A DNA stretch of 64,000 nucleotides from positions 37,717 through 101,716 of the IMG/VR virus record IMGVR_UViG_3300017788_002882; one strand, written 5' to 3'. The notes under the pieces were generated by a model. It made no database searches. It saw only the letters and a program-made list of their open reading frames with translations, and had not been told where the DNA came from. Positions 48,739-58,655 of the stretch are shown here, one piece after another. Source of the DNA: a virus. The position numbers and the translations under genes were made by a program. Position 1 is the stretch's first letter, and each line of letters opens with the position of its first letter.

Positions 48739-50028
48739 TTAGATAATTTTTTTAGTGTTTGAACAAATTTCAATAATTTTATTATATGCGTACGGATATT
48801 TTTTTGTCACATTCCGTCTCAAGATTTCATAATTATGTTTCAAAACTTCCTCCATGCTTTTGAACCACTCAAACTTATTCTCAATTTTATTAATATCATT
48901 TAATACTTTTACAATTGCGTCCATTCTTTGTAAATTGTCCAACTCATCATAACTTTCATCAATCCAATTCGAGAACGTTTTATAACCTAATTTTTTTAGC
49001 TCTTTTAAACTATGTTTGTTTCCCATGACTATAAAAGGGTGATGAGATGTTATAGGTTTAAAAACTTTTTCACTCAAAAAAACTGTTCCTTCCTCATCTT
49101 CAAATCTCGCCTCACTAATTACCGAAATCCAACTGTCATCACAAACTTTATGATTTATTCTATTGATGTAAAAACCTGTGTCTTCAATTTCATTCGATAC
49201 TCCATAAATTAATGATGGCAAAGTTTTTGCAAAGTTTTCAACAGATTGTTGTTCCATAAATTCACCACAATACAGCCTTTGTGAAATGGGAATTTTATTC
49301 ATACTTACCAATCCTTTATCTAATAAATTATTGTAAAATAATCTACTGTAAAACCAAATTCTATGTTCCCTTGGTTTTTTATTCAAGTTGTTATAAAGTT
49401 TTATATTATCAATATTATTTTTTTTATATAACAGTTGTTCTTCAAACGAAGGTAAATCATTACTCTGTATCATTTCTTGAGATTTAAGGAAAACATCATT
49501 TTCAAAATGAGAGTAAGGTAAAGGATTTATCTTTATTTCCTTAGGGTTTGTTTTCAACCATTCCTCATATCTTTGTTCAACGATTGAATTTCCTGTAACG
49601 AAAATAATTTTATTTGCAGGTATATTCCTTTTTTCACATTCTTTATGGAAAAAATTGAAAACCCAATCACTATGGTAGCCTTCAAAACTAGAATCGATAA
49701 GTAAAAAAGCCCCCCCACTAATCAAGTCATTGAGATAAATTTCATTCAGAAATTCAAAAAAACTCACTACGTTGGGATTGGAGGAAAATTCTCCTCCAGC
49801 CCACCAATGTGGGTCATTATTAACCCCGATAGGAATTACGTAAACCTCTGGTCTATCATTAATGTCGATTATTTCGATGTTAGGGTTCAAGTCTTTCACC
49901 GCAAACCGAATTACATTCATTCGATTGAAAAGTGGACAAACCGTAAATCTATATGCACCTATACCATTAAGTTCCCAATTGTCAACAAAATTTCTATGGG
50001 ACGAAACTTCTTCAAAAACAAAGTTCAT
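48739..50028 (-). CDS. GT10-like paralogue
   Basis: LYNNLNKKPREHR, VISEA, LSEKVFKP, HPF and GYKTF..WIDESYD motifs. Confidence 0.5.
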   Translation of the reverse strand: MNFVFEEVSSHRNFVDNWELNGIGAYRFTVCPLFNRMNVIRFAVKDLNPNIEIIDINDRPEVYVIPIGVNNDPHWWAGGEFSSNPNVVSFFEFLNEIYLNDLISGGAFLLIDSSFEGYHSDWVFNFFHKECEKRNIPANKIIFVTGNSIVEQRYEEWLKTNPKEIKINPLPYSHFENDVFLKSQEMIQSNDLPSFEEQLLYKKNNIDNIKLYNNLNKKPREHRIWFYSRLFYNNLLDKGLVSMNKIPISQRLYCGEFMEQQSVENFAKTLPSLIYGVSNEIEDTGFYINRINHKVCDDSWISVISEARFEDEEGTVFLSEKVFKPITSHHPFIVMGNKHSLKELKKLGYKTFSNWIDESYDELDNLQRMDAIVKVLNDINKIENKFEWFKSMEEVLKHNYEILRRNVTKKYPYAYNKIIEICSNTKKII

Positions 50029-51314
50029 TATTGAAAACTATTATTAATTTCTTTGAAAATCTTTATCAAAGGCTTTTTATTGTTACTCCAACCCATACCA
50101 TCATAATCGTACTTATCTTTAATAATTTCAATGAATCTATTTCTATTGAAGACACATATTTCTTTCATTTCCTCCCTAATTAACTTCAATTCCTCAATTG
50201 ATTTATCTCTGAATTTGTTGATTTCCTTCACAATAATGTCGACCCTCTTATGATGAATTGGTTCATTATCGTAACTTTCATCAAACCATTTATCGAAAGT
50301 TTTAAACCCTAAATCTTTAATATATTTCAAAGTATTGACATTACCTAAAATCATGAATGGATGCCCAACTACTATTGGTTTCCATATTTTTTCAGAAATA
50401 AATAAAACTGATTCATCAATCAATGTCTCAGTGACTATTGACATGAATGTAGCCTTGTGATCGGATAATTCAAGATTACCCGCCCAATTGATGTCCAATG
50501 TCCTGTCGATCATTATGGGGGTCATTTCCGACAATTTAGATATTGATTCTGTTTCTTTACTTTCAAACTTACCAATACTCAATCTACCTTTTTCTAGTAA
50601 GTTTAGTCTTAGTAATTCTGAGACTAAATAAATTCTATGAGGTCTTGGATTTCGGTTATAGGATAAAAAAAGGAACTGATTATCAACAGGTTCAAAATCA
50701 GCCATGTCATCGTTAAAAATTCTATAATCTATCCAAGAATCAAAAATCGAAATAGGAATACAATTGAACTTGAATCCCTTTTCTTTTCTTACCTCATCAA
50801 TAAGTAAATTACCATGTATATAATAAATCGATTCTTCAGGTAAATCCAACTCTTTTATCCAAGAATCTATAATCCCCAAATCATCGTTTTCGGATGACGA
50901 GGCACTATACCCTTCGAATTGATGTATCATTACTATCTTACAATTTCCATTTCTTATATCGTTGATATATTGTTCGGAAATACACTTGAACCCAATCTTT
51001 TCATTTTTTTTGAAAAACCAATTATCAAAAATATTAATTATATACAAATGGTCTTTCCCATTTATTTCTTCTTTGGTTTGAAAAACTATATCATCATTAT
51101 ATCTCGGAGTAATGTTTTCAACAATTACATCGTGACCAAATGGTTTATTTCCATTTTCTATATCGAATAAATTCCAAACCCCCCACATTTTGGGGTAATC
51201 GAATACTCCAGTCTCTCTCAAATACCAAGATTTTGATGCTCCATTTGGTCTATAATAATCTAAAACAGTGTCCCAGTCTTCAAGAGAACAATATACTTTA
51301 TGATTTGTCTCCAT
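50028..51314 (-). CDS. GT10-like paralogue
   Basis: FLSYNRNPRPHR, IVTET, ISEKIWKP, HPF and GFKTFDKWFDESYD motifs. Confidence 0.5.
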   Translation of the reverse strand: METNHKVYCSLEDWDTVLDYYRPNGASKSWYLRETGVFDYPKMWGVWNLFDIENGNKPFGHDVIVENITPRYNDDIVFQTKEEINGKDHLYIINIFDNWFFKKNEKIGFKCISEQYINDIRNGNCKIVMIHQFEGYSASSSENDDLGIIDSWIKELDLPEESIYYIHGNLLIDEVRKEKGFKFNCIPISIFDSWIDYRIFNDDMADFEPVDNQFLFLSYNRNPRPHRIYLVSELLRLNLLEKGRLSIGKFESKETESISKLSEMTPIMIDRTLDINWAGNLELSDHKATFMSIVTETLIDESVLFISEKIWKPIVVGHPFMILGNVNTLKYIKDLGFKTFDKWFDESYDNEPIHHKRVDIIVKEINKFRDKSIEELKLIREEMKEICVFNRNRFIEIIKDKYDYDGMGWSNNKKPLIKIFKEINNSFQ

Positions 51315-52761
51315 CTAAATTGTAATTTTGTTTATCTGAAACGTATTCACCAGGTTCGAAGTGTGTGATTCTCCCGTCTGTCATTCTTACGTCAGGTATT
51401 GATTGGTCAACTTTAATCGAATTATACCATTCTTCCAACTCAGGAAAGGTTTTAACGAAATTTTTGTTTCTCCTTTTATCATGTTGACTGTAAAAACTTT
51501 TAAAATCGTGGAATTGTAATTCCAAATCCATTTCAGTGGTATTATGACCCCTGTTGACAACTTCGATGTAATCAACAAGTCTTTGGATTTGTGCTCCTTC
51601 GTACATGTTGATTAATGGATTTTTTTTATTTTTTCTCCACCACATTGATAATTTACCATGTAAATCTTGTTTGATGTCATCAGGTAAAGTTAATGGAGAC
51701 ATAAACGCAGGCCATCTTAGAATATTGAAATCAACAATTGGTTTATTCCATCCATACTTTGCTTTGAGTGTCAACATATCATCCAAAAATTCAGTGATAC
51801 TGAACAAACATAAACTATTGATTGTCATCATTATAACAACTTGTCTTATATTCGCCTTTTCGATTACTTGTACCAAATTGTTTCTCCAAACTTCGTAATT
51901 CAAACCATCACGAATATATTCTGCCTGTGCTCCATACGCTTCGCAGCTAGTGTATATATCAAACTCTTTGACCTTGATTTCATGAGTCACATTTATCAAC
52001 TTATCAATAGTTTCTTGACTTACCCCCAAATTAGAATTGATTGCAACTCTTAAACTAAGTGATGGATATTTTTTAACTTCCTCCATAAACTGCCAAAAGT
52101 TACGACTCAGAGTCGGTTCCCCTCCAGTAACTCTAATTTCCTGTAGGGTTTTGGTTAGTTCAGGCCACCATTCTAAGAAAGCGGCAACGTATGGGTTATT
52201 TTCATTATGTTTACCATAAATTTCAGACCATGATCCATCAGCATAATACGCGCCAGCGCTACTAGTTTTGAATTTTTGATAAGGTCCATTCTTTTTTATG
52301 TCTTTACCCCACGTAGTTGAATAACCTGAATTACAGTAAGAACAAGCAAAATTGCATGTTCGGTCAAAACTCACCTCGATTGTTTTTGGTGTAATATCCG
52401 CATCCCATGGTAAGTCTTTCAATGCAGCAATTTCTTTTTCGGTATATATTTGGCTTTTATAGACACGGTCAGAAATGTTATTTCTACCGATGTCTTCAAT
52501 TTTCCAACAATAAGAACATTCTGCAGGTTTTGCGCCTTCCAACATCATTTTTCTGATTTCTTTTTTGAAGTCAGTATTGTGTAACGCTGAAGGATTTGTT
52601 TTTATTTTTTCCAAATCAATTGGATGTGGTAATGGTAGATGACAAGAATTTGTAAACCCGTGACCCAAGTGTAGACTGACGTTGTACCATTTTGCGGCAC
52701 AAAAACTACAGCTAATAGAATTTAAATTTTTATCTCTCCAATTTGCTAATTGCTCTGACAT
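51298..52761 (-). CDS. Radical SAM protein with N-terminal Cys-rich (twitch/SPASM-like) region
   Basis: FCAAKW...SCH...ECSYCW, CNFACSYC and GGEP motifs. Confidence 0.85.
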   Translation of the reverse strand: MSEQLANWRDKNLNSISCSFCAAKWYNVSLHLGHGFTNSCHLPLPHPIDLEKIKTNPSALHNTDFKKEIRKMMLEGAKPAECSYCWKIEDIGRNNISDRVYKSQIYTEKEIAALKDLPWDADITPKTIEVSFDRTCNFACSYCNSGYSTTWGKDIKKNGPYQKFKTSSAGAYYADGSWSEIYGKHNENNPYVAAFLEWWPELTKTLQEIRVTGGEPTLSRNFWQFMEEVKKYPSLSLRVAINSNLGVSQETIDKLINVTHEIKVKEFDIYTSCEAYGAQAEYIRDGLNYEVWRNNLVQVIEKANIRQVVIMMTINSLCLFSITEFLDDMLTLKAKYGWNKPIVDFNILRWPAFMSPLTLPDDIKQDLHGKLSMWWRKNKKNPLINMYEGAQIQRLVDYIEVVNRGHNTTEMDLELQFHDFKSFYSQHDKRRNKNFVKTFPELEEWYNSIKVDQSIPDVRMTDGRITHFEPGEYVSDKQNYNLDGDKS

Positions 52762-52775
52762 TTTTTTTTGTTTGA

Positions 52776-53528
52776 TTATAAAATAAACTCGTTAGGTACT
52801 CGTTCTAAAAAATTAGTGTTTTTGGAATCGTCATACACTATCCCAATATTATTGATTGTTTTGAAATTATATAGACAAAGAATATTACTATAGTAATTAC
52901 TGTTTATTAACTTTTCATTTTCAGAATTGTGAATCAATTTCACTTCTTCGATATTACTTAAATTCTTTACCATGGTAAAAAAATTATAATCAACTTCACA
53001 GAAATATCTATGTTTTTTTTCCCACGCTTGAGGGCTAGCACATCCTAAAAACAGTTCAGGAATTTTATAGTCCTCAACAAAATCACCCTCTATTTCCATC
53101 TTATTTACCTCTTTAAAATTTTTGTAAGCAAATAACATATTTTTTTTCTTGATAATCGTTATTGTCACTCCATTTTCAACATCTTCAAATCCAACATTTT
53201 TTACATGGAAGTATTTGAATTCATCATTTCCTTTGTTTGTGACCCAATATTCAAATGCACAGCTTCCGTTCGAAGCATTATATGTAAGACCCATGGGTTT
53301 TCCAGGTTTCCCATAAACCATCGATATTTCATCTTTTTTGTATTCTTTTTCAATTTTGAAATTACAACTGATTACAAATGATTTGTTATGAAAAAAGTCG
53401 ACAAATTCATTGTTGGTGTGTTTATTATAATTGGTTACGAACTGATTGTCCGTATGTTCCTTAACATCCCATTCAAACTTAATCCAATATGGTTCTCTAT
53501 AGTTAATTTTCATTTTCAATTTGTTCAA
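52776..53528 (-). CDS. Concanavalin A/LamG-like beta-sandwich protein, paralogue of the N-terminus of 53503-55596
   Basis: Shared G.PGK..G..Y, FE.W, DY....L..GC and LC...F pattern. Confidence 0.5.
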   Translation of the reverse strand: MNKLKMKINYREPYWIKFEWDVKEHTDNQFVTNYNKHTNNEFVDFFHNKSFVISCNFKIEKEYKKDEISMVYGKPGKPMGLTYNASNGSCAFEYWVTNKGNDEFKYFHVKNVGFEDVENGVTITIIKKKNMLFAYKNFKEVNKMEIEGDFVEDYKIPELFLGCASPQAWEKKHRYFCEVDYNFFTMVKNLSNIEEVKLIHNSENEKLINSNYYSNILCLYNFKTINNIGIVYDDSKNTNFLERVPNEFIL

Positions 53529-55596
53529 AAAAAGACTTCATTTCAGGATAAATTTCTAAAACTTTCAACCCCCTTCGTTTTTCATATTGTTTAACAAAAT
53601 TGTTTAAATCTTCTTTATGTTGTGTAAAAGTAGAATCATCCACATTTTTGTCTGAGATAAAAATATCTCGTAATCTAGAAACTTTTTCAATTTCCTGTAT
53701 AGAAAATCCAACATCAGTTACAGTTTGAACTTGTAAAAAATTTAAACTTCTATAGGTTGAATTGAATTTCATGAATTTTATCCATCTATCAAAATATTCT
53801 TCACTGATATATCCTTTTAACAATCTGAAACTCATAAAAGATGGTTGTCTTAGATATGAAGTATCTAAAATTAATGCCGAACTCCAATATCTGTCGGGAT
53901 TGTAATGTTTTATTTTCAACTCATAAACTTTTTTTATCAGTGATTCATAAGAAAAAACGCTGAAAATATTAAAAGTCGACATTATTACAATAGTGACTGT
54001 CGGTAGTTTACCCAGTATTTTATCAATATTTTGGAATAACTTTTCAAAATTCATCCCATAACGAGTATATTCAGATTGTATTCCATACCCATCACATGAA
54101 GTGAATATGATTATTTCTTTAACCAAATTTTGATTAATTATTTTATCTAATTTTTCTATTAGTTTATCAATCAAATTATCTGGTACACCTAAATTACTAT
54201 TTATCGAAAATTTTAGGTTTCTATTCGGTTCTTTACTTTCCAAAATAAAATCCAAAACTTTCCATGTATCTTTTGACAATAAAGGTTCTCCTCCAGTGAT
54301 TCTAAAAGTATCCATACTTTGGTAAAGATCGGGAAACCACTCCCAAAAACTTTCTACATAAGGGTTATTTTCAGAATTTTTATATGGTTTAGAATCACGT
54401 TCCTCCATCCTTTTTGTCCCATTGTATTCGAAGGTTGAAAGTTGGTATGGACCATAATCATTAATCTCTTCCATCCACTTGGACGAATACTCTGGCCCAC
54501 AATAGGCACATTTGAAATTACAAGTGTTTGAAAAACTAACTTCTACGTACTTAGGGTTGTAGTCCGCATCCCAATCTGACTTTGAAATCTCATCGAAGAA
54601 TGGTTCAGACCAAGGCTCTGAAGATTTGAAAACTCTGTCGGAAAATGAATTAGAATTGTCCTCAACGTTCCAACAATACGAACACTCGCTCGGACGTTCG
54701 TTTTCCAACATTTCTTTTCGAGCTTGTTTTTTGATTTTACTATTATGAAGTGCAGTAGGATTAGTCGCTATTTCATCTAAAGAGACTTTATGTGGTTCGG
54801 GATGGTGGCAAGAATGGGTCGTACCATTATGTAAATGCATGGTCACCTGAGTCCATTTTGCCAGACAAAAACCACATCCTACATTATCTAATTTATTTTT
54901 AACATCTTCAAATCCTTGAGCTGAACTTGTATTTTTTTTCTTCAGAAAATACTTTTTCTTATATTCATCATGTATTATGTGCTCCGATCCAGTTTTGTCT
55001 TCAAAATCAAAAACACACAAAAGGGTGTCATCGAACAGTTCAGAATCACGATTTGTTTGGGTTACAAAAGTTTTGATTAAATTTATCGGGAAAGTTGTTT
55101 CGAAAACTGAGAAATGAAATACATCCATTTCAGTCAATTTTCTGTGGTCAACATTGACGCTGTCAATGTTCTGACACCCAATGTATAAAGGTTCATTAAT
55201 GTAATCATCCACTAAAGGATAATCACATTTGATTGACCCCAAGTGTTTAAAGTTGAAGAAAATTCTATACTCTGAACCATTATAACTTAATGTAATATTA
55301 ATTTCCTTACCGAAAATATTTTCGAAGTAAACTTCATAAGTTTGATGATTGAACACAGGATTACCTTCATAATCTTTTGTCCAAAATTCAAAAAGTAATA
55401 GTTGTTTTGTACAATCGTAACTCACTCCGAAATTTTTACCTGGTACTCCAAAAAACCCTACTTTATCATCTTTTTTATAATCTTCACCAATGGAGAATGA
55501 TAAACTAATAGTATATGATGAATTCATTATAATATTAGCCGAAGATTGCCCGATTTTAGGGTTTAAAAACCAAGGTTGTTCATATTCTATTTTCAT
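53503..55596 (-). CDS. LamG-like domain fused to a radical SAM enzyme (paralogue of 51298)
   Basis: FCLAKW...SCHHP...ECSYCW, CNFKCAYC and GGEPLL motifs. Confidence 0.8.
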   Translation of the reverse strand: MKIEYEQPWFLNPKIGQSSANIIMNSSYTISLSFSIGEDYKKDDKVGFFGVPGKNFGVSYDCTKQLLLFEFWTKDYEGNPVFNHQTYEVYFENIFGKEINITLSYNGSEYRIFFNFKHLGSIKCDYPLVDDYINEPLYIGCQNIDSVNVDHRKLTEMDVFHFSVFETTFPINLIKTFVTQTNRDSELFDDTLLCVFDFEDKTGSEHIIHDEYKKKYFLKKKNTSSAQGFEDVKNKLDNVGCGFCLAKWTQVTMHLHNGTTHSCHHPEPHKVSLDEIATNPTALHNSKIKKQARKEMLENERPSECSYCWNVEDNSNSFSDRVFKSSEPWSEPFFDEISKSDWDADYNPKYVEVSFSNTCNFKCAYCGPEYSSKWMEEINDYGPYQLSTFEYNGTKRMEERDSKPYKNSENNPYVESFWEWFPDLYQSMDTFRITGGEPLLSKDTWKVLDFILESKEPNRNLKFSINSNLGVPDNLIDKLIEKLDKIINQNLVKEIIIFTSCDGYGIQSEYTRYGMNFEKLFQNIDKILGKLPTVTIVIMSTFNIFSVFSYESLIKKVYELKIKHYNPDRYWSSALILDTSYLRQPSFMSFRLLKGYISEEYFDRWIKFMKFNSTYRSLNFLQVQTVTDVGFSIQEIEKVSRLRDIFISDKNVDDSTFTQHKEDLNNFVKQYEKRRGLKVLEIYPEMKSFFEQIENEN

Positions 55597-57020
55597 TACT
55601 TCATTTTTACATTTATAAACCTTGTGTTCGGGTATAATGATTCATTAATATCAATCAACTCAGTAACATCCATTATTTTATTATATCCTTCTTCTTTGTG
55701 CTCAATTTTATTTTGTTGCATTTCAGTTACAAACCGTTTCTCGTTTCTTGCAGTGGTTTCTCCTTTTGCCCATTTACCGTTCACAAAACCTTCATCAACA
55801 TGGTAGATACAATCAAATGATCCTTCTCTACGATAAGGGAGAATAATGTCCTTAACTTCAATATCTTCAGTTACAAATATAGTATTATTGTTATAGAATT
55901 CATAATCATTTACCAAATCTTTGTCTGACAAATCGAAATTATAATGAAGAACCAAATCATCATTACTTTCGAAAACTTCATTTATATTTGTTGAAAACTT
56001 TTTGGAAATTTTAACCTCAGCTATTTTTCCTTTCAGAAAAATTGCAGTATGACTACAAACACCTAGTAGAATTGGTTTGATTGAATCGTGTGTTTTTAAT
56101 TTTTTTTCAATATGTAAGGGTTTGTTTTCTTTAACTCCATTCATATTGTAATTCAATTCATCATTAACATATAGATAATAATCCCCATTCTCTGAATCAT
56201 AAGTTAGAGTAACCCATGTCCATTCATTTTCATATCGTTTAGCGTAATTGTAGTGATGATTACTGTCTCTATCATAAACTATGGATGAAATCGCTCTGGA
56301 ATTGTTGAATGAAATTCCCCAATTGAAACTACCATCTTTTCTCAATAATGGGTATTCTACGAATTTTCGTTCTTCGTCTCCGACCAACCAAATCGGAACT
56401 TTATCGGGTTGTTGTTCAGCATTAAATAATATAGATATTGTATGGTCTTGATGAAGACATGAACTTATTTCTCTATTTGACTTGAAAGCTAAATAGGAAT
56501 CATTTCCATTGAATTGGGCAACCTTTCTGTTTTCATATTTATTGAAAATTTTATAAGTTGTTAATCCTTCGAAATAAGCTCTCCAAAATAAATCATCGTC
56601 TTCTTGACCCCAATCCCAATAGTCGTTTGAATAACCATTGGTTTTTAAGACTTGGTCTTTTGTGAAGAGTACCACTCCACCAAAATATTGCTCATATCCG
56701 AGTTTATACCCATACTTGGACAACTTTGTTGCAATATGAATAGGAAACTCAGTTGGGTAAGAATAATCACAACTATCATCATGAGGAACCATATCAACGT
56801 CATGCCAAGCGATGTAATCACAACCATCCTCGAAGGCATGGTAAGCTGCGATGTTTTTCATCGCACCTCTATTAAAAAGTTTTTTATCCACTTGATGACC
56901 CACATAAAATTTATGAGGAATATCAAGTTTATTTAAATGTTCGGTCAATCGAGGTATTAACTCCTCGAGATGTTCTTTTCTATTTCTATATGGTATACAA
57001 ATCCCCAATTTTGGTTTCAT
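55596..57020 (-). CDS. GT7 (beta-1,4-galactosyltransferase-like) with inserted LamG-like domain
   Basis: IPYRNR, FNRG, HDVD, YFGGV and NGYSN.YW.WGQEDDD, followed by a LamG-like region starting FNGNDSY. Confidence 0.85.
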   Translation of the reverse strand: MKPKLGICIPYRNRKEHLEELIPRLTEHLNKLDIPHKFYVGHQVDKKLFNRGAMKNIAAYHAFEDGCDYIAWHDVDMVPHDDSCDYSYPTEFPIHIATKLSKYGYKLGYEQYFGGVVLFTKDQVLKTNGYSNDYWDWGQEDDDLFWRAYFEGLTTYKIFNKYENRKVAQFNGNDSYLAFKSNREISSCLHQDHTISILFNAEQQPDKVPIWLVGDEERKFVEYPLLRKDGSFNWGISFNNSRAISSIVYDRDSNHHYNYAKRYENEWTWVTLTYDSENGDYYLYVNDELNYNMNGVKENKPLHIEKKLKTHDSIKPILLGVCSHTAIFLKGKIAEVKISKKFSTNINEVFESNDDLVLHYNFDLSDKDLVNDYEFYNNNTIFVTEDIEVKDIILPYRREGSFDCIYHVDEGFVNGKWAKGETTARNEKRFVTEMQQNKIEHKEEGYNKIMDVTELIDINESLYPNTRFINVKMK

Positions 57021-58459
57021 ATTCCTACGTTTATATGAATGATATTATCAACGGTTTCTTTACCGAATTCTCTAAATTTGCATGTTGAAAGCCCATCACT
57101 TTCGATTTTTGCCCCTTCAGTCAAAACTTCATTGTGGAACCTTAACTGATTAAACCTCGTGGTTTGGTTTTTCCATCCTCCATTCTCATAACCATTCTCC
57201 TCATGTGGAAGTAATTTGAAAGTAGATTCTCTGCGATAAGGTACTTTAATTTCTTTATACTCATCGAAAGTATATCCTACAATTTCACAATTATAAATTA
57301 CCGCATTGTTTTTATTTTCTGTCAAATCAATTAGTTGATATCCTTTTATAAATTTTGCATCATAATATAAAACTAATTTATAATCTGATTTATAACTTCC
57401 AAAATTTTGAGTGAGCCCAAAAAACTTATTTTTAGATATTTCTTCAATTTCATCTTCCTCTAAAATGTCATTATATACCGCAAAAGAACTAATACAACCC
57501 TTGAAAAAATAATTATTTTTTTTGTTCGGGTTAGTACATCCCAAATAAAAAAAAGGTTCTTTACCATAATCAAAAAAAGACACTATCCTTTTAGAATCTA
57601 CAAGTTTTCCATCCTGATATAATGAAATTACTTTCTCATGCTTATCAATTGTTACAGTTAAGCTTGTTTTATAGTTTGGAAGAATATCACTATGTATAAA
57701 AATAATTTTCTTATTTTCAGTAAATATTTGAAAAGTATATCTTCTATAAGAATTATACGAAATGCTGCATTCATATCCAGGTATTGAAAATACTGGCATT
57801 ATATCCTCACTTTTATTCTCGTCTAATTCTAAGTCTTCAGGACTAAAGGAAACAAATATTGTTATTTTTCCGTTAGGATTATATGTGGTTTGATTATTAA
57901 AATCAAATATATTTTTTGATTTAATATATGCGTTTTGACCATTAAACTTTAATGCTGCAGTATTTCCACCATCTAGTTTTAATTGTTTAATGTCTAATGG
58001 GATATGAAAATGTTTACATCTATATAACAAATCATCATCTTCATAACCCCATCCCCAATAGTTATTAGAGTATCCATTAATTTTTTCAAATAGATAAAGT
58101 GGAAAAAGTGTAACCCCCCCAAAGTATTGGTCAAAAACAATTCTTTTAAAATCTTTGGTCCCTATTAAATCAGTAGCCAAATGGAGAGGTACTTCACTGT
58201 ATGAATAATCTACATTTTCAGGAAGCATGTCCAAGTCATGAAACACAACGTAATCACACCCTAACTTTTTAGCATAGACTACGCCAATATTTAATAACTT
58301 CCCTCTATTAAAACTTTTTTCATTATCTTGTTCCACAATAATTAGAAAATAATTAATACCAGAGTTCGATAGATATTCTGTAATCCGACTTTTAAATTCA
58401 ATCAAATCAAAATATCTATCTCTATAAGGCACAATTATTCCTAATTTGTGGTTACTCAT
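57017..58459 (-). CDS. GT7 (beta-1,4-galactosyltransferase-like) with inserted LamG-like domain
   Basis: VPYRDR, FNRGKLLN, HDLD, YFGGV and WGWGYEDDD; then ALKFNGQNAY...LYQDG...FKGCI. Confidence 0.85.
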   Translation of the reverse strand: MSNHKLGIIVPYRDRYFDLIEFKSRITEYLSNSGINYFLIIVEQDNEKSFNRGKLLNIGVVYAKKLGCDYVVFHDLDMLPENVDYSYSEVPLHLATDLIGTKDFKRIVFDQYFGGVTLFPLYLFEKINGYSNNYWGWGYEDDDLLYRCKHFHIPLDIKQLKLDGGNTAALKFNGQNAYIKSKNIFDFNNQTTYNPNGKITIFVSFSPEDLELDENKSEDIMPVFSIPGYECSISYNSYRRYTFQIFTENKKIIFIHSDILPNYKTSLTVTIDKHEKVISLYQDGKLVDSKRIVSFFDYGKEPFFYLGCTNPNKKNNYFFKGCISSFAVYNDILEEDEIEEISKNKFFGLTQNFGSYKSDYKLVLYYDAKFIKGYQLIDLTENKNNAVIYNCEIVGYTFDEYKEIKVPYRRESTFKLLPHEENGYENGGWKNQTTRFNQLRFHNEVLTEGAKIESDGLSTCKFREFGKETVDNIIHINVGI

Positions 58460-58655
58460 CTATGGTAGGTTCTTTTGGTTTGATTGTATTATGCCACTCC
58501 GCTAAATAATATTGGATACGGTCGCTCCACTCTTGTTTTTCAATTTCTTCGACCCAAACTGTTAAAGCGTCCAAAGTATTCGCAATTTTTTCTAAAGCTT
58601 TAACTTTTCGTTGCTCGAGCAACATTTTTTCTTTTTCTTTATCTAATTCTGTCAT
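58452..58655 (-). CDS. Hypothetical protein (67 aa)
   Basis: Overlaps both neighbours in the operon. Confidence 0.6.
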   Translation of the reverse strand: MTELDKEKEKMLLEQRKVKALEKIANTLDALTVWVEEIEKQEWSDRIQYYLAEWHNTIKPKEPTIDE

